NCBI GenBank assembly: GCA_002269645.1
Contig: NIVC01000767.1
Coordinates: 175,840-239,839, forward strand
Length of the DNA: 64,000 bases
Origin: Macrostomum lignano
Lineage: Eukaryota
Direction: 5' to 3'
The translations under genes and the position numbers were made by a program. Shown piece after piece: positions 26,844 through 39,774 of the stretch (the stretch's first letter is position 1; every line of letters begins with the position of its first letter). Under the pieces are notes generated by a model, which made no database searches, was not told where the DNA came from, and saw nothing but the letters and a program-made list of their open reading frames with translations.

Positions 26844-29800
26844 CTACTTGATGTGCAGGTGCTCGAATTTCTTCAGCAAATCCTCTCGATCCTTCTCTCG
26901 CTTGCGCTCCCTGAAAGAGACCGGGGGGGTTATAAAGGGGACTAATTATAGAAGCGATTAGATGGGATTTGTCAGCTTTCTTTCTCCTCGGAATTCACCA
27001 GGAAATAGGAATCTATTCAATCATTAGATGAGAAATTTTAATTACCGCCTCTAATCTTCGAATCAAAGCGCTTTTTTGCCTTTGAGCTCTTTCCTAGAAA
27101 TTAATCCTTGTTTCATTCGGCGGCAATAAATTCAATATAGAATCCTATCTAACGGCACCCCATGCCCCACTTTTCTCAGTTGAGACAGCCGCTCCATTCA
27201 AAACTGCTGCAAAACACCCAGCTTTTTTATTCAGATCTCAGCCCACTCTTTGACCCCAGCCCACAGTTCACTCTATGACCCCCAGCCCTCAGTCACTCTA
27301 TGACCCCAGCCCACAGTTCACTCTATGACCCCAGCCCTCAGTTCACTCTATGACCCCCAGCCCTCAGTTCACTCTATGACCCCCGGACCTCAGTTCACTC
27401 TATGACCCCCAGCCCTCAGTTCACTCTATGACCCCCGGACCTCAGTTCACTCTATGGCCCCCAGCCCTCAGTCACTCTATGACCCCAGCCCACAGTTCAC
27501 TCTATGACCCCAGCCCTCAGTTCACTCTATGACCCCCAGCCCTCAGTTCACTCTATGACCCCCAGCCCTCAGTTCACTCTATGGCCCTCAGCCCTCAGTT
27601 CACTCTATGACCCCCAGCCCTCAGTTCACTCTATGGCCCTCAGCCCTCAGTTCACTCTATGACCCCCAGCCCTCAGTTCACTCTATGACCCCCGGACCTC
27701 AGTTCACTCTATGACCCCCAGCCCTCAGTCACTCTATGACCCCAGCCCACAGTTCACTCTATGACCCCAGCCCTCAGTTCACTCTATGACCCCCAGCCCT
27801 CAGTTCACTCTATGACCCCCGGACCTCAGTTCACTCTATGGCCCCCAGCCCTCAGTCACTCTATGACCCCAGCCCACAGTTCACTCTATGACCCCAGCCC
27901 TCAGTTCACTCTATGACCCCCAGCCCTCAGTTCACTCTATGACCCCCAGCCCTCAGTTCACTCTATGGCCCTCAGCCCTCAGTTCACTCTATGACCCCCG
28001 GACCTCAGTTCACTCTATGACCCCAGCCCTCAGTTCACTCTATGACCCCCAGCCCTCAGTCACTCTATGACCCCAGCCCACAGTTCACTCTATGACCCCA
28101 GCCCTCAGTTCACTCTATGACCCTCAGCACTCAGTTCACTCGATGATCTTCAGCAGTCACTTCACTCTATGACCCCAGCCCTCAGTTCACTCTATGACCC
28201 CCAGCCCTCAGTCACTCTATGACCCCAGCCCACAGTTCACTCTATGACCCCCAGCCCTCAGTTCACTCTATGACCCCCAGCCCTCAGTCACTCTATGACC
28301 CCAGCCCACAGTTCACTCTATGACCCCAGCCCTCAGTTCACTCTATGACCCTCAGCACTCAGTTCACTCGATGATCTTCAGCAGTCACTTCACCCTATGA
28401 CCCTCATCCCTCAGTCAGAAGAAAGCGCTCACTTCTGCCGCTCAGCCTTGTAAGCATTTGTCAGTTCGTCAAACAATTTGCTATTCATTTCCATAAATGA
28501 CTTGAGCACATTGTACACCAGAGCTACAATAGTCTGGTTCCAGTGCTCGCGCGAGATCCTATAGAACGATGGGAAAAGAATTGGCATTATGACAGCATTG
28601 TTTTCGTCAATTAGTTGCGTCACGTATTCGTTGTTCCAGAAGAATAGAGCGCGTTCGGCCACCTGAAAGGCACAAATTGGGATAAAGGCTGCCTGAATGA
28701 CAGGAAGTGGCATTGGCTGAATAAATGACAGGAAGTGACATTGGCTGAATAAATGACCGGAAGTGAGAGTGACCGAATAAATGGCCGGAAGTGAGACTTT
28801 CCGAGTATATAACCGGAAGTGAGACTGGCTGAATAAATTATTGGAAGTGACAGTGGCTGAATAAATGACCGGAAGTGAGACTGGTTGAATAAATGACCGG
28901 AAGTGAGGCTGGCTGAATAAATGACTGGAAGTGAGGCTGGCTGAATAAATGACCTGAAGTGAGACTGGTTGAATAAATGACCGGAAGTGAGGCTGGCTGA
29001 ATAAATGACCGGAAGTGAGGCTGGCTGAATAAATGACCGGAAGTGAGGCTGGCTGAATAAATGACCGGAAGTGAGGCTGGCTGAATAAATGACCGGAAGT
29101 GAGGCTGGCTGAATAAATGACCGGAAGTGAGGCTGGCTGAATAAATGACTGGAAGTGAGACTGGTTGAATAAATGACCGGAAGTGAGGCTGGCTGAATAA
29201 ATGACCGGAAGTGAGGCTGGCTGAATAAATGACCGGAAGTGAGGCTGGCTGAATAAATGACTGGAAGTGAGATTGTCCGAATAAATGACCGGAAGTGACA
29301 GTGGCTGAATAAATAACCGGAAGTGAGACTGGATGAATAAATGACCGGAAGTGAGGCTGGCTGAATAAATGACCGGAAGTGAGGCTGGCTGAATAAATGA
29401 CTGGAAGTGAGACTGGATGAATAAATGACCGGAAGTGAGGCTGGCTGAATAAATGACCGGAAGTGAGGCTGGCTGAATAAATGACCGGAAGTGAGGCTGG
29501 CTGAATAAATGACCGGAAGTGAGACTGGTTGAATAAATGACCGGAAGTGAGGCTGGCTGAATAAATGACTGGAAGTGAGACTGGATGAATAAATGACCGG
29601 AAGTGAGGCTGGCTGAATAAATGACCGGAAGTAAGGCTGGCTGAATAAATGACCGGAAGTGAGGCTGGCTGAATAAATGACCGGAAGTGAGGCTGGCTGA
29701 ATAAATGACCGGAAGTGAGACTGGATGAATAAATGACCGGAAGTGAGGCTGGCTGAATAAATGACCGGAAGTGAGGCTGGCTGAATAAATGACCGGAAGT

Positions 29801-32800
29801 GAGGCTGGCTGAATAAATGACCGGAAGTGAGACTGGTTGAATAAATGACCGGAAGTGAGGCTGGCTGAATAAATGACTGGAAGTGAGACTGGATGAATAA
29901 ATGACCGGAAGTGAGGCTGGCTGAATAAATGACCGGAAGTGAGGCTGGCTGAATAAATGACCGGAAGTGAGGCTGGCTGAATAAATGACCGGAAGTGAGG
30001 CTGGCTGAATAAATGACCGGAAGTGAGACTGGTTGAATAAATGACCGGAAGTGAGGCTGGCTGAATAAATGACTGGAAGTGAGACTGGATGAATAAATGA
30101 CCGGAAGTGAGGCTGGCTGAATAAATGACCGGAAGTGAGGCTGGCTGAATAAATGACCGGAAGTGAGGCTGGCTGAATAAATGACCGGAAGTGAGGCTGG
30201 CTGAATAAATGACCGGAAGTGAGACTGGTTGAATAAATGACAGGAAGTGAGGCTGGCTGAATAAATGACTGGAAGTGAGACTGGATGAATAAATGACCGG
30301 AAGTGAGGCTGGCTGAATAAATGACCGGAAGTGAGGCTGGCTGAATAAATGACCGGAAGTGAGGCTGGCTGAATAAATGACTGGAAGTGAGATTGTCCGA
30401 ATAAATGACCGGAAGTGACAGTGGCTGAATAAATGACCGGGAGTGACTGGCTGAATAAATGACCGGAAGTGAGGCTGGCTGAATAAATGACCGGAAGTGA
30501 GGCTGGCTGAATAAATGACCGGAAGTGAGGCTGGCTGAATAAATGACCGGAAGTGAGACTGGCTGAATAAATGACCGGGAGTGACTGGCTGAATAAATGA
30601 CCTGAAGTGAGACTGGCTGAATAAATGACCTGAAGTGAGACTGGCTGAATAAATGACCTGAAGTGAGACTGGCTGAATAAATGACCGGGAGTGACTGGCT
30701 GAATAAATGACCTGAAGTGAGACTGGCTGAATAAATGACCTGAAGTGAGACTGGCTGAATAAATGACCGGGAGTGACTGGCTGAATAAATGACCTGAAGT
30801 GAGACTGGCTGAATAAATGACCTGAAGTGAGACTGGTTGAATAAATGACCGGAAGTGAGGCTGGCTGAATAAATGACTGGAAGTGAGACTGGATGAATAA
30901 ATGACCGGAAGTGAGGCTGGCTGAATAAATGACCTGAAGTGAGGCTGGCTGAATAAATGACCGGAAGTGAGACTGGCTGAATAAATGACCTGAAGTGAGA
31001 CTGGCTGAATAAATGACCGGAAGTGAGACTGGCTGAATAAATGACCGGGAGTGACTGGCTGAATAAATGACCTGAAGTGAGACTGGCTGAATAAATGACC
31101 GGGAGTGACTGGCTGAATAAATGACCGGAAGTGAGACTGTCCGAATAAATGACCGGAAGTGAGACTGTCTGAATAAATGACCGGAAGTGAGACTGTCTGA
31201 ATAAATGACCGGGAGTGACTGGCTGAATAAATGACCGGAAGTGAGACTGTCCGAATAAATGACCGGAAGTGAGACTGTCCGAATAAATGACCGGAAGTGG
31301 GCATCGCTAAGCCGAAATTTCAAGCCAGAAAACTCACTTGAAAATGCGAACTGCTAACAGATTTGGCAATCTGCTTAAACAGAGGCACCATGATTTTCTC
31401 GAACTGGCCGGGCTCCATCACGTCCATAATTTCTTCCATCTCGCCGAGGTACATCACCTCCTTGCTGCTGACTGTTCTAGGCCAGAATTTGAGCAGCCCG
31501 CGAACCACCTGCTCGGTGAGTGTGGCGTCTTTCTCAAGGAACTGCACAACGCAGTAGGCCAGCTGGGCGTGAAACATGCCGAGAGATTTGGCCTTGTGCA
31601 GCGGCAGCAGAACTTTCACTAGGAATTGCTTGTGCTCCGCCTTTAACGGCAGCGCAAATCCATTGATGATGCTGCCCAGAATCTCCAGCAATTCGCCGAC
31701 ACCATTGAACTGTTCGGTCTGGTAGATGAAGCGCAGGAAAATGTTATTAATCTGCTTGCGTATGAAAGCGCGCAAGCCAAGAAATTTGCCATAGATTCGA
31801 TGCAGGACAGTCTTCAGAAAATCGCGCTCGCGCGGATCTTCGCTGTCGAAGAGCTCGAGTAGCTGTATAAAAAATTAGTTTAAAAAATGAGTAAAATTCT
31901 CAGCATGCTACTTAGTTAACTACTGCACAGATTTTACACTAGAATAAAAATATGCTTTTAGAGTAGCTAGATGATGAAGCAGCAACGCCAGGTCGAGAAG
32001 CTGCAAACAATATGGATTGAAAACGTTTTGGCCGAAAAGCATGGACTTCTAAAGTTTTAGGTCTAGAATCTAGACTGGAAACCGCTAGTACAAAAAGCAA
32101 TGGACATGTAAAGTTCTAGCTCTAGACCCTAGATCAGAAACTGTTATCATAGAAACCATCGAGTTCTAAAGTCCTTGATCTAGAAATCTGGACTGGAAAT
32201 CGTCAGTACAAAAAAGCCATGGACATCGAAAGTTCCCAAATCTAGAATCTGGATCGGAAACTGTTGTCATAAAAACCATGGAGTTCAAAAGTTCTAGACC
32301 TAGAATCTACAGCAAAACTTTGATGTGCTCAACCTTGAGCTAACCCACTCCCGTGTCGCAACTGCTAATGCCTCCACAGACATATGCACACGTATTGTCC
32401 ATCAACTGAGCAGTGTCAGGAATAGACGTGCGGTTGAGGCAACGCCCTGAAGCCCTGCAGACTGCAGAGACAGACGGGAATAATAAAACAGCTCAATAGC
32501 GCGGAGTGAGAAGTGTACAAGGCCAAGTCAAGATTCTACATTATTCCCATCCGTGAGGATCACAGAATACTAACCCATGTTAATACTGCAACATCGCAGT
32601 AGAGGCCGGCGTACATGCAGCGATGGGAGAAATAAAAGCACCCTGGGGGAGGCAAGGCGGGAGACAGAAGAGTCCAGTCTCCAGGGCGCTCATTAAAGTA
32701 GTATATGCAGACAGGCGGACAGGCAAATGAGAGACGCGAAGAGGAATACCAGAAATCCAATTATCTCCTTTTCCTTCCTAACGAAAGAAATCCGTCCAAC

Positions 32801-34515
32801 ACAGGCAGTGAATATTAGCCTAGTAGAGAAGCAAAGCTTTACAGAGATTTTTCTAGCGACTCGAGTCATACTCAATCACTTTTCTAGACACTAAAAAACA
32901 GCAGACCAACAGTAAAGCAGAATTACCTGCAGTACGAATCGCTGATCAATGTACTTTTTAGCGACCGACGGTTGAAAGTCTGGCGATTCTAATACGCGAA
33001 GAAAGAACTCGTAGACAAACTGTAATGAAATAGCAATTAAAATTCTTATTCATATCCCAAAAGTGCGGTCACTAATATTTAAATACGGAACACAAACTTT
33101 ATGTTTAATAAACAATTTCTAGTTTCACCTGTAAATGAGGCCACGAAGCTTCCAGTGTCGGGTCGTCCTCCTCCGGATCAAAGTCGGGGTTGTCGGAGGG
33201 CGGCAACGTTCGAAAGATGTTGCACGCAATCTGGCGGGATGAAGGGAGGCCGGGCGGGTGATAATTGAGCATAGTAAGCTGTTGATCAGCTTCCATCACT
33301 AGCACAGGAAACCGCTGATCAGCTTCCATCACTAGCACAGGAAACCGCTGATCAGCTTCCATCACTAGCACAGGAAACCGCTGATCAGCTTCCATCACTA
33401 GCACAGGAAACTGCTGATCAGCTTCCATCACTAGCACAGGAAACTGCTGATCAGCTTCCATCACTAGCACAGGAAACTGCTGATCAGCTTCCATCACTAG
33501 CACAGGAAACTGCTGATCAGCTTCCATCACTAGCACAGGAAACTGCTGATCAGCTTCCATCACTAGCACAGGAAACCGCTGATCAGCTTCCATCACTAGC
33601 ACAGGAAACTGCTGATCAGCTTCCATCACTAGCACAGGAAACTGCTGATCAGCTTCCATCACTAGCACAGGAAACTGCTGATCAGCTTCCATCACTAGCA
33701 CAGGAAACTGTTGATCAGCTTCCATCACTAGCACAGGAAACCGCTGATCAGCTTCCATCACTAGCACAGGAAACTGTTGATCAGCTTCCATCACTAGCAC
33801 AGGAAACCGCTGATCAGCTTCCATCACTAGCACAGGAAACTGCTGATCAGCTTCCATCACTAGCACAGGAAACTGCTGATCAGCTTCCATCACTAGCACA
33901 GGAAACTGCTGATCAGCTTCCATCACTAGCACAGGAAACTGCTGATCAGCTTCCATCAATAGCACAGGAAACCGCTGATCAGCTTCCATCACTAGCACAG
34001 GAAACTGCTGATCAGCTTCCATCACTAGCACAGGAAACTGCTGATCAGCTTCCATCACTAGCACAGGAAACTGCTGATCAGCTTCCATCACTAGCACAGG
34101 AAACTGCTGATCAGCTTCCATCTGTATCACTCAAGCTCTCACTCACCATTCGAATAATCTCTGGATAAGTTGCATCTTGCAAAACGCCCCTAGTAACGGT
34201 GACATATTCAACTAATTCGTTAAGGCATGTCCGTTTAATCTCCTTGGATTTGACATCGGACACGGGATCGGAGAAGTCAAATACAACGCAGCACTGTTGC
34301 AACTTTTTAACAAACAACTCCTGCTGATCTGTGGCAGCGTCTTTCAACGGAGGCAGCTGAGTTAACTCCGTCGGCGCCTTCGGCCGGTAGTGAGACGAGC
34401 CGCGCGACCTTTTGGCGGCTTTTTTACTAGCTTTGAGCTCGTTTTTATTGCGGAACGGGTCGGTTTTGTCTTTGGCTGGGCCGCCATCGACTTTGCCAGC
34501 CGCTGCTGCAGACAT
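26844..34515 (-). CDS. PPP2R5: Serine/threonine protein phosphatase 2A 56-kDa regulatory subunit (B56/B', widerborst-like), 6 coding exons
   Basis: Exons 34515-34147, 33230-33129, 33019-32927, 31862-31338, 28662-28433 and 26910-26844 give an intact ORF with consistent phases. Typical B56 motifs: [81 protein letters not shown]. The paralog subtype is not resolved. Confidence 0.96.
27245..28415. repeat. 26-bp minisatellite ATGACCCCCAGCCCTCAGTTCACTCT, PPP2R5 intron 5
   Basis: Tandem copies. Confidence 0.94.
28690..31300. repeat. 28-bp minisatellite GGCTGAATAAATGACCGGAAGTGAGGCT, PPP2R5 intron 4
   Basis: About 90 units; explains the 964-aa and 894-aa repeat ORFs. Confidence 0.96.
32030..32315. 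repeat. Degenerate ~55-60-bp tandem repeat, PPP2R5 intron 3
   Basis: Recurrent catgga..aagttc..tctagaatc..ggaaac motifs. Confidence 0.55.
33280..34125. repeat. 33-bp minisatellite CTGATCAGCTTCCATCACTAGCACAGGAAACTG, PPP2R5 intron 1
   Basis: Tandem copies; gives the [11 protein letters not shown] repeat ORF. Confidence 0.96.
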
Positions 34516-35741
34516 TGGCTAATTGCTTCTAGGAATAAAAGGGGAGGGTCAATTGAAAGCTAGTTTGCTTACTCTGAGCAAGGAATAGAAGGCGTTGTTG
34601 TAATCAGTGTGTGCTCTATGTCAGCATGCAAGGTGTTATTGAGATGGTTGCGATTGTAGTAATTATTATTAGCGAAAGTTGTGATAGTTGTTTTATATCA
34701 CTTGGAAACAAAATTATGCTGCAATTTTTGCTTATGTTAATTTGCTCTAAAAGGAATTTTAGAAGCTTTAACAATAGTTTATAGAAAAGTAGTATCTATA
34801 GATTCTAAGCAAGTTTAAAGCAGGGATTTTGGAAAAGGCTAACTTACATACATGTATTTAAAGATTCTATAACTAAGTAATCAAGTTGCAAGTGAATTTT
34901 TTACACAAGATTTGTCTGTAGTCCAAAGCTGCACATGTTACTACAAAGTGTTACTAAAATTTACCATAAAATGCTCAGTCAGTTTTTATAAATATATGTT
35001 AGCCCAAACAAAATTTGGGAACACAGACATGAATATCTTTTCAAATTAAATTATTAGCTTCTATCACTGATGAAAAAATAAAAAGTCAAACCCCTTACAA
35101 AAATCATAAATCCTAGCACTAAAAGCAAAGTTCTATATTAGAGAATTTTATGCACAATAAGCAAAACTCAATACATTAATCTTCTGAGACCAAATTTTGG
35201 CTGATTGATATTTCATTCGCAGTGTAAAATTTTTTTTCAAGCAATTTTGTGTTTTCTCTTAATAAGCATAATAAATTATCCCTTCTTAGTTTTCTATTGG
35301 TGGTTTTCTACTTTTATTCTTGATAATGAATATGAATATATGCCATTGAGATTTGTTATAATTGTATGCTATCTTGGCTATCTAACCTAGTCTTTTTCTA
35401 TTCTGTCTATTTTACTACCTGAGTCTACTTAAGAATCTATATCCCATATTGGCCAGCCTCAGATAAAACTAATTCCTATTTTATTTAATTCCAATACCCA
35501 AAGCCTCTACTTATAGATTCAAAATAAATTGACCCAGATAGCTCTTTTCCTATAAAATTGATTATTATTTTGTTTATCTAAATAGCCAATAATATAGCTA
35601 TACATGCAGAACACCTGGCCAAGCCAGCCAATCTAGCTGATAAGGGGCCCAGCCAAGGTAAGTTGGAAGTTGTAAGTTGCCTACCCAAAATAGAGACATA
35701 TTTTTACTTGGTATAACATGCCAAAAATCTATATTTATTGT

Positions 35742-36002
35742 CAAAACTAAGAACATGAGCGCTATCATTTTTTGTTATGTGACATGTTTCGCCTTGCATC
35801 AGGCATTGTCAGGCTCTTAAAATTTAGGTACAATTTATTTTTTTATTTACTTATATTTAGCAATTTAGACAAAAACAGGTCAATAAAAGTCATAAAATAT
35901 ATATAAATTAACAGTTGATTGCACAGTCAAGCAGAGCATGCCTGATGCAAGGCAAAACATGTTGCATAACAAAGGATGATAGTGCTCACATTCTTAATTT
36001 TG
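35742..36002. mobile_element. Foldback/MITE-like element with ~65-bp imperfect inverted arms
   Basis: 35742-35806 (caaaactaagaacatgagcgctatc...gccttgcatcaggcat) pairs with 35938-36002 at roughly 85% identity; no TSD identified. Confidence 0.6.
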
Positions 36003-36575
36003 TTTTTCAGGAGACACGCAACTTTACCATAGTCAAAACTAAATTGCATAACTTTAAATTATACAGAAAATTTTGAATAATTTTAGAGATTATATCAAGG
36101 ACTACTTAAATAACATATATATAGTACGCTACACTTGTGTTTCATGGAAATAGTTTTAAAGGCAGGTTTTACAAGAAAAATACACTACATGGAAATAGAA
36201 AATTTTATAATTTTCAACACTAAAACAGTGATTAGGTCTCTTAACAGTGTTAGAGAAAGTTCTAATCACACTATTTTGTGTCTTACATGCTGCTCTAATG
36301 ATGCATTAATCAATTTTTATATCTTAAATTGGTCTTGTAATTATTTTAAATGTTTTTTTCAAGACTCTTCAACAACTTTTCAAGTGACAAAAATACTTAA
36401 AATTTTTGTAAGTCACTTATTGATAATTAATTTTTTATTAGATTGACTTAGTTAAGGTTTAGTATGGCTTTTAGAAGGTAAATTCTCTGCAAATAAGTCA
36501 GGGGCTCAGACTCTAAGAGTGCCCATATTTAATTAATAAATTTATATAATTTGTATTAATATATTTCAATTATAT

Positions 36576-38053
36576 TGTGGCGGCCAGACTACGCGACCGG
36601 CAGCACCAGTGCAGCCGCACTGGAAACCCCCCCCCCGCCTCTGTCTAGCTGAGGTGGGGTGGGTACGCGCCAAGCTAGCCGGCTCGCTAAGCCGGGGGGT
36701 TGGCGTAGCCAATCACGCCATGCCACCTTTTCGCACCTCCCTTGGCCCCTCAATCTCGCACTGTTTGTTATAATCATATAAATACACGCGCAACGCAGTG
36801 CAGAATCTTCGCTGCCACTCCATCTATTGAAACTATAAGGCCTTCCGCCTCATTGGTGAGCCCGACTCCCAGCGCGGAACGCTGGGCCTACCTGGTCGGC
36901 CCTGTGCGGTCCTGGCAGCCAACCGCCTTGGCCGACTGCAACGGCAGCACAGCAGCACAGCAGCACTGCAGCACAGCAGCACCGCAGCCCAACAGCACCG
37001 CAGCACAGCAGCACCGCAGCCCAGCAGCACGAATCGGCCCAGTCAGCCCGCCCCCCGGTAGCTCCTGGGGTCTCGCCTTTCGGCCCCCGCGTTGGACCAA
37101 CCAGCGCCACACGCTGCAGCTACTTCTAGGTTAGCACCGCTGCTGCTAGCCTAACGTCCCCAGCCTCTGTGCAAGAGCATCGATCCGGCTCACGGCGGCA
37201 ACTGACTGTCGATTGCCTCTGGTGTGGTACGGCCGCGCGCCCCTGCTACCTTCGGCGCCCACCTGGCGCCCTGCTGCCATCGGCGCCCGCCTGGCGCCCT
37301 GCTGCTATCGGCGCCCGCCTGGCGCCCTGCTGCCATCGGCGCCCGCCTGGCGCCCTGCTGCTATCGGCGCCCGCCTGGCGCTCTGCTGTCTTCGGCGCCC
37401 GCCTGGCGTTCTGCTGCCTTCGGCGCCCGCCTGGCGCCCTGCTGCCTTCGGCGCCCGCTTCGGCGCCCGCCTGGTGCCCCGCCGCCTTTGGCGCCCGCCT
37501 CGCGCCCCTGCCGCCTTCGGCGCCCGCCTGGCGCCCTGCTGCCTTCGGCGCCCGCCCGGCACCCGCCTGGCGCCCTGCTGCTTTCGGCGCCCGCCCGGCG
37601 ACCGCTCGGCGACCTGCTGCCATCGGCGCCCGCTCGGCGACCTGCTGCCATCGGCGCTCTGCTGCCTTCGGCGCCCGCCTCGCGCCCCGCCGCCTTCGGC
37701 GCCCGCTCCTCGGCGCTCTCGCTGCCTCGGCTACCACCCGACGTTCGGGGCCTAGCTCGGTGCTGGGGGGAGCTGTGTGGCGGCCAGACTACGCGACCGG
37801 CAGCACCAGTGCAGCCGCACTGGAAACCCCCCCCCCCGCCTCTGTCTAGCTGAGGTGGGGTGGGTACGCGCCAAGCTAGCCGGCTCGCTAAGCCGGGGGG
37901 TTGGCGTAGCCAATCACGCCATGCCACCTTTTCGCACCTCCCTTGGCCCCTCAATCTCGCACTGTTTGTTATAATCATATAAATACACGTGCAACGCAGT
38001 GCAGAATCTTCGCTGCCACTCCATCTATTGAAACTATAAGGCCTTCCACCTCA
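36576..38053 (+). mobile_element. Non-autonomous miniature LTR retroelement (TRIM-like)
   Basis: LTRs at 36576-36852 and 37776-38053 (TG...CA) differ by 2 substitutions and 1 homopolymer indel. TSD ATAT at 36572-36575 and 38054-38057. PBS-like TGGTGAGCCCGAC at 36854, PPT GGGGGGAG at 37765. No gag or pol. Confidence 0.92.
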
Positions 38054-38551
38054 ATATTATATTTAATTGTATATCTGTCTATTTATCTTCTTATCTGCCT
38101 TTTAGTGTGGCATTTTGTGACTTCAACCTGAAAATAATATTTATTCATAACTATAATACACAAGCTACTTTGAGTTGAATACTTTGCTGGGCCAAGTCTG
38201 CTCAATATATGACCAAAACCAATACAAGTATTAAATATATATATAGTTTAAGATAAAAACTAAATTTTAATCTAAATCCAAATACTAACCCCACTCCTGC
38301 TGAGTAGATATTCAACTTAGCAGAAATCCAAGCAGAGTTGGACTCTTAAAAATAAAAAATACCTTCTTCATAACAATCTATACTGGCAAGTGATGTACTG
38401 ATGTATCAAATGTTTAATTAGTTATATATCAATGTTTGTTTTTTATATTAGGATATACATCTTTATCACCTTTTAGGCCTACATTTCTGCAACCAAAATT
38501 TCTTGAAATTGTTTTAATTTATAGTAATGTCTGTCATTGTCTCATTTTTAG

Positions 38552-39730
38552 ATGCCTATAAGATGTTGTATACCAAAGTGCAAAGGTAACCATACTAATG
38601 AATCTGATAAGGTTTCAGTCTATGGTTTCCCTACTAACGTGGATGATCTCAAGAGATGGACCAATGCCCTTCCAAGCCAGATTAAGGTATCTTTATTTGT
38701 TGTTTTTAGATTGTTACTCTTTCTACATTTGAAGTATTTGAATTATTATTGAACCCTATTCCCTTAACTTACAGACAGTTACCAAATTCATGGGTATATG
38801 CTAGCATCATTGGCCTAAAGATGTGTCCATGCTAAAGGTCAAGCACTTTACTTGACCTGTTGTTCCTCTATCTATATTCCCTAATGTTTTGAAGAGCTCC
38901 TTGAAGTCAGACTCTGCCAAGTAAGTATGCCACAAGTATTATTCACTACTTTTTTCTGTGTATATTCTGCATGTCACATGGACACAGATCTTTCATTATT
39001 GTGCCTATCTTTAGAGATATCTAGAAATGTTACAAAACATAGAGTTTTGCTTGCCAAACAAACAGAGCTTCCTAATGAACTCAAGAAGTTCAATGCTGGT
39101 GACAAGATCTGCTCATGCTTGTGGAATGATTTGGCCAACACTGCTGACTGTCTTGAGTTTATTGAAAATCATGGGTGGCTTGTCTAGCAAGAAGCAAAGC
39201 TTCAATTTATTATTATTTTGGACCTAACAATTGAATTTTCTGTGACAGTTTGAGATGACCTCACTATCTTGGTGCATCAAAAGAACATATTAATTCTAGT
39301 ACAGGACCTACTTGGATTCAAGTACCACTTGGAATGCCTTAACCAGTTGGAGGCCATTGCTAATTGTGTTAGACAAGCTAGTATCATTGTGACTGATGAG
39401 ATCTCTAGTCACATGTCTGCAATGCAGGCTCTCAACTGCAAATCTGGTGACTTTCAACAGCAGTTCTTTCTGCACCAGTTGAACCTAAGAACAAAACAGT
39501 CAACTGGACAGTGCTACTTGTTGGAAGACATTCTAACAGCTGCTAGATTGCTTTTTGCAGGGAGACGTGTATATAACACCTTGCGAGACTTAATATCAGT
39601 ACCATATGAAGTTACTATATAGCATTATCTTAGAGGCCTTAGTACAATAGCCAGTGATGAGGATTGTTGGTTGATTGTATAGGCTCAATTTGAATGTGCC
39701 AAAACCTCACAAAGGTGCTGCTCCATTAGA
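38552..39730 (+). pseudogene. Decayed THAP-domain, P-element-like transposase
   Basis: MPIRCCIPKCKG...VYGFP...LKRW, then after a short intron IC*HHWP...PVVPLSIF, matches the C2CH THAP pattern with a nonsense codon. Fragmented helical ORFs follow (39269-39622). Confidence 0.7.
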
Positions 39731-39774
39731 AAGCTTAATATCAACATTTGAATATGATTGCAATTTCTAACAAC

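Noticed and set aside
28429-31323. 964-aa and 894-aa minus-strand ORFs
   Set aside because: Read-through of the 28-bp intronic minisatellite; only 28662-28433 is a real PPP2R5 exon, and retention of intron 4 stops at 31320
33280-34125. CTGATCA...GAAAC hammerhead-like words in each 33-bp unit
   Set aside because: The core is not CUGANGA and no stem II pairing is evident
33105-34130. 341-aa [11 protein letters not shown] repeat ORF in frame with PPP2R5 exon 2
   Set aside because: Intronic 33-bp minisatellite; exon 1 read-through stops at 34111 and canonical splicing gives a normal B56
37169-37978. Arg/Ala/Pro-rich ORFs within the LTR element; TGGCGCCC words resembling a tRNA-Lys PBS
   Set aside because: GC-rich repeat lacking stops, with no gag/pol motifs; the match is only 8 nt and not adjacent to the LTR
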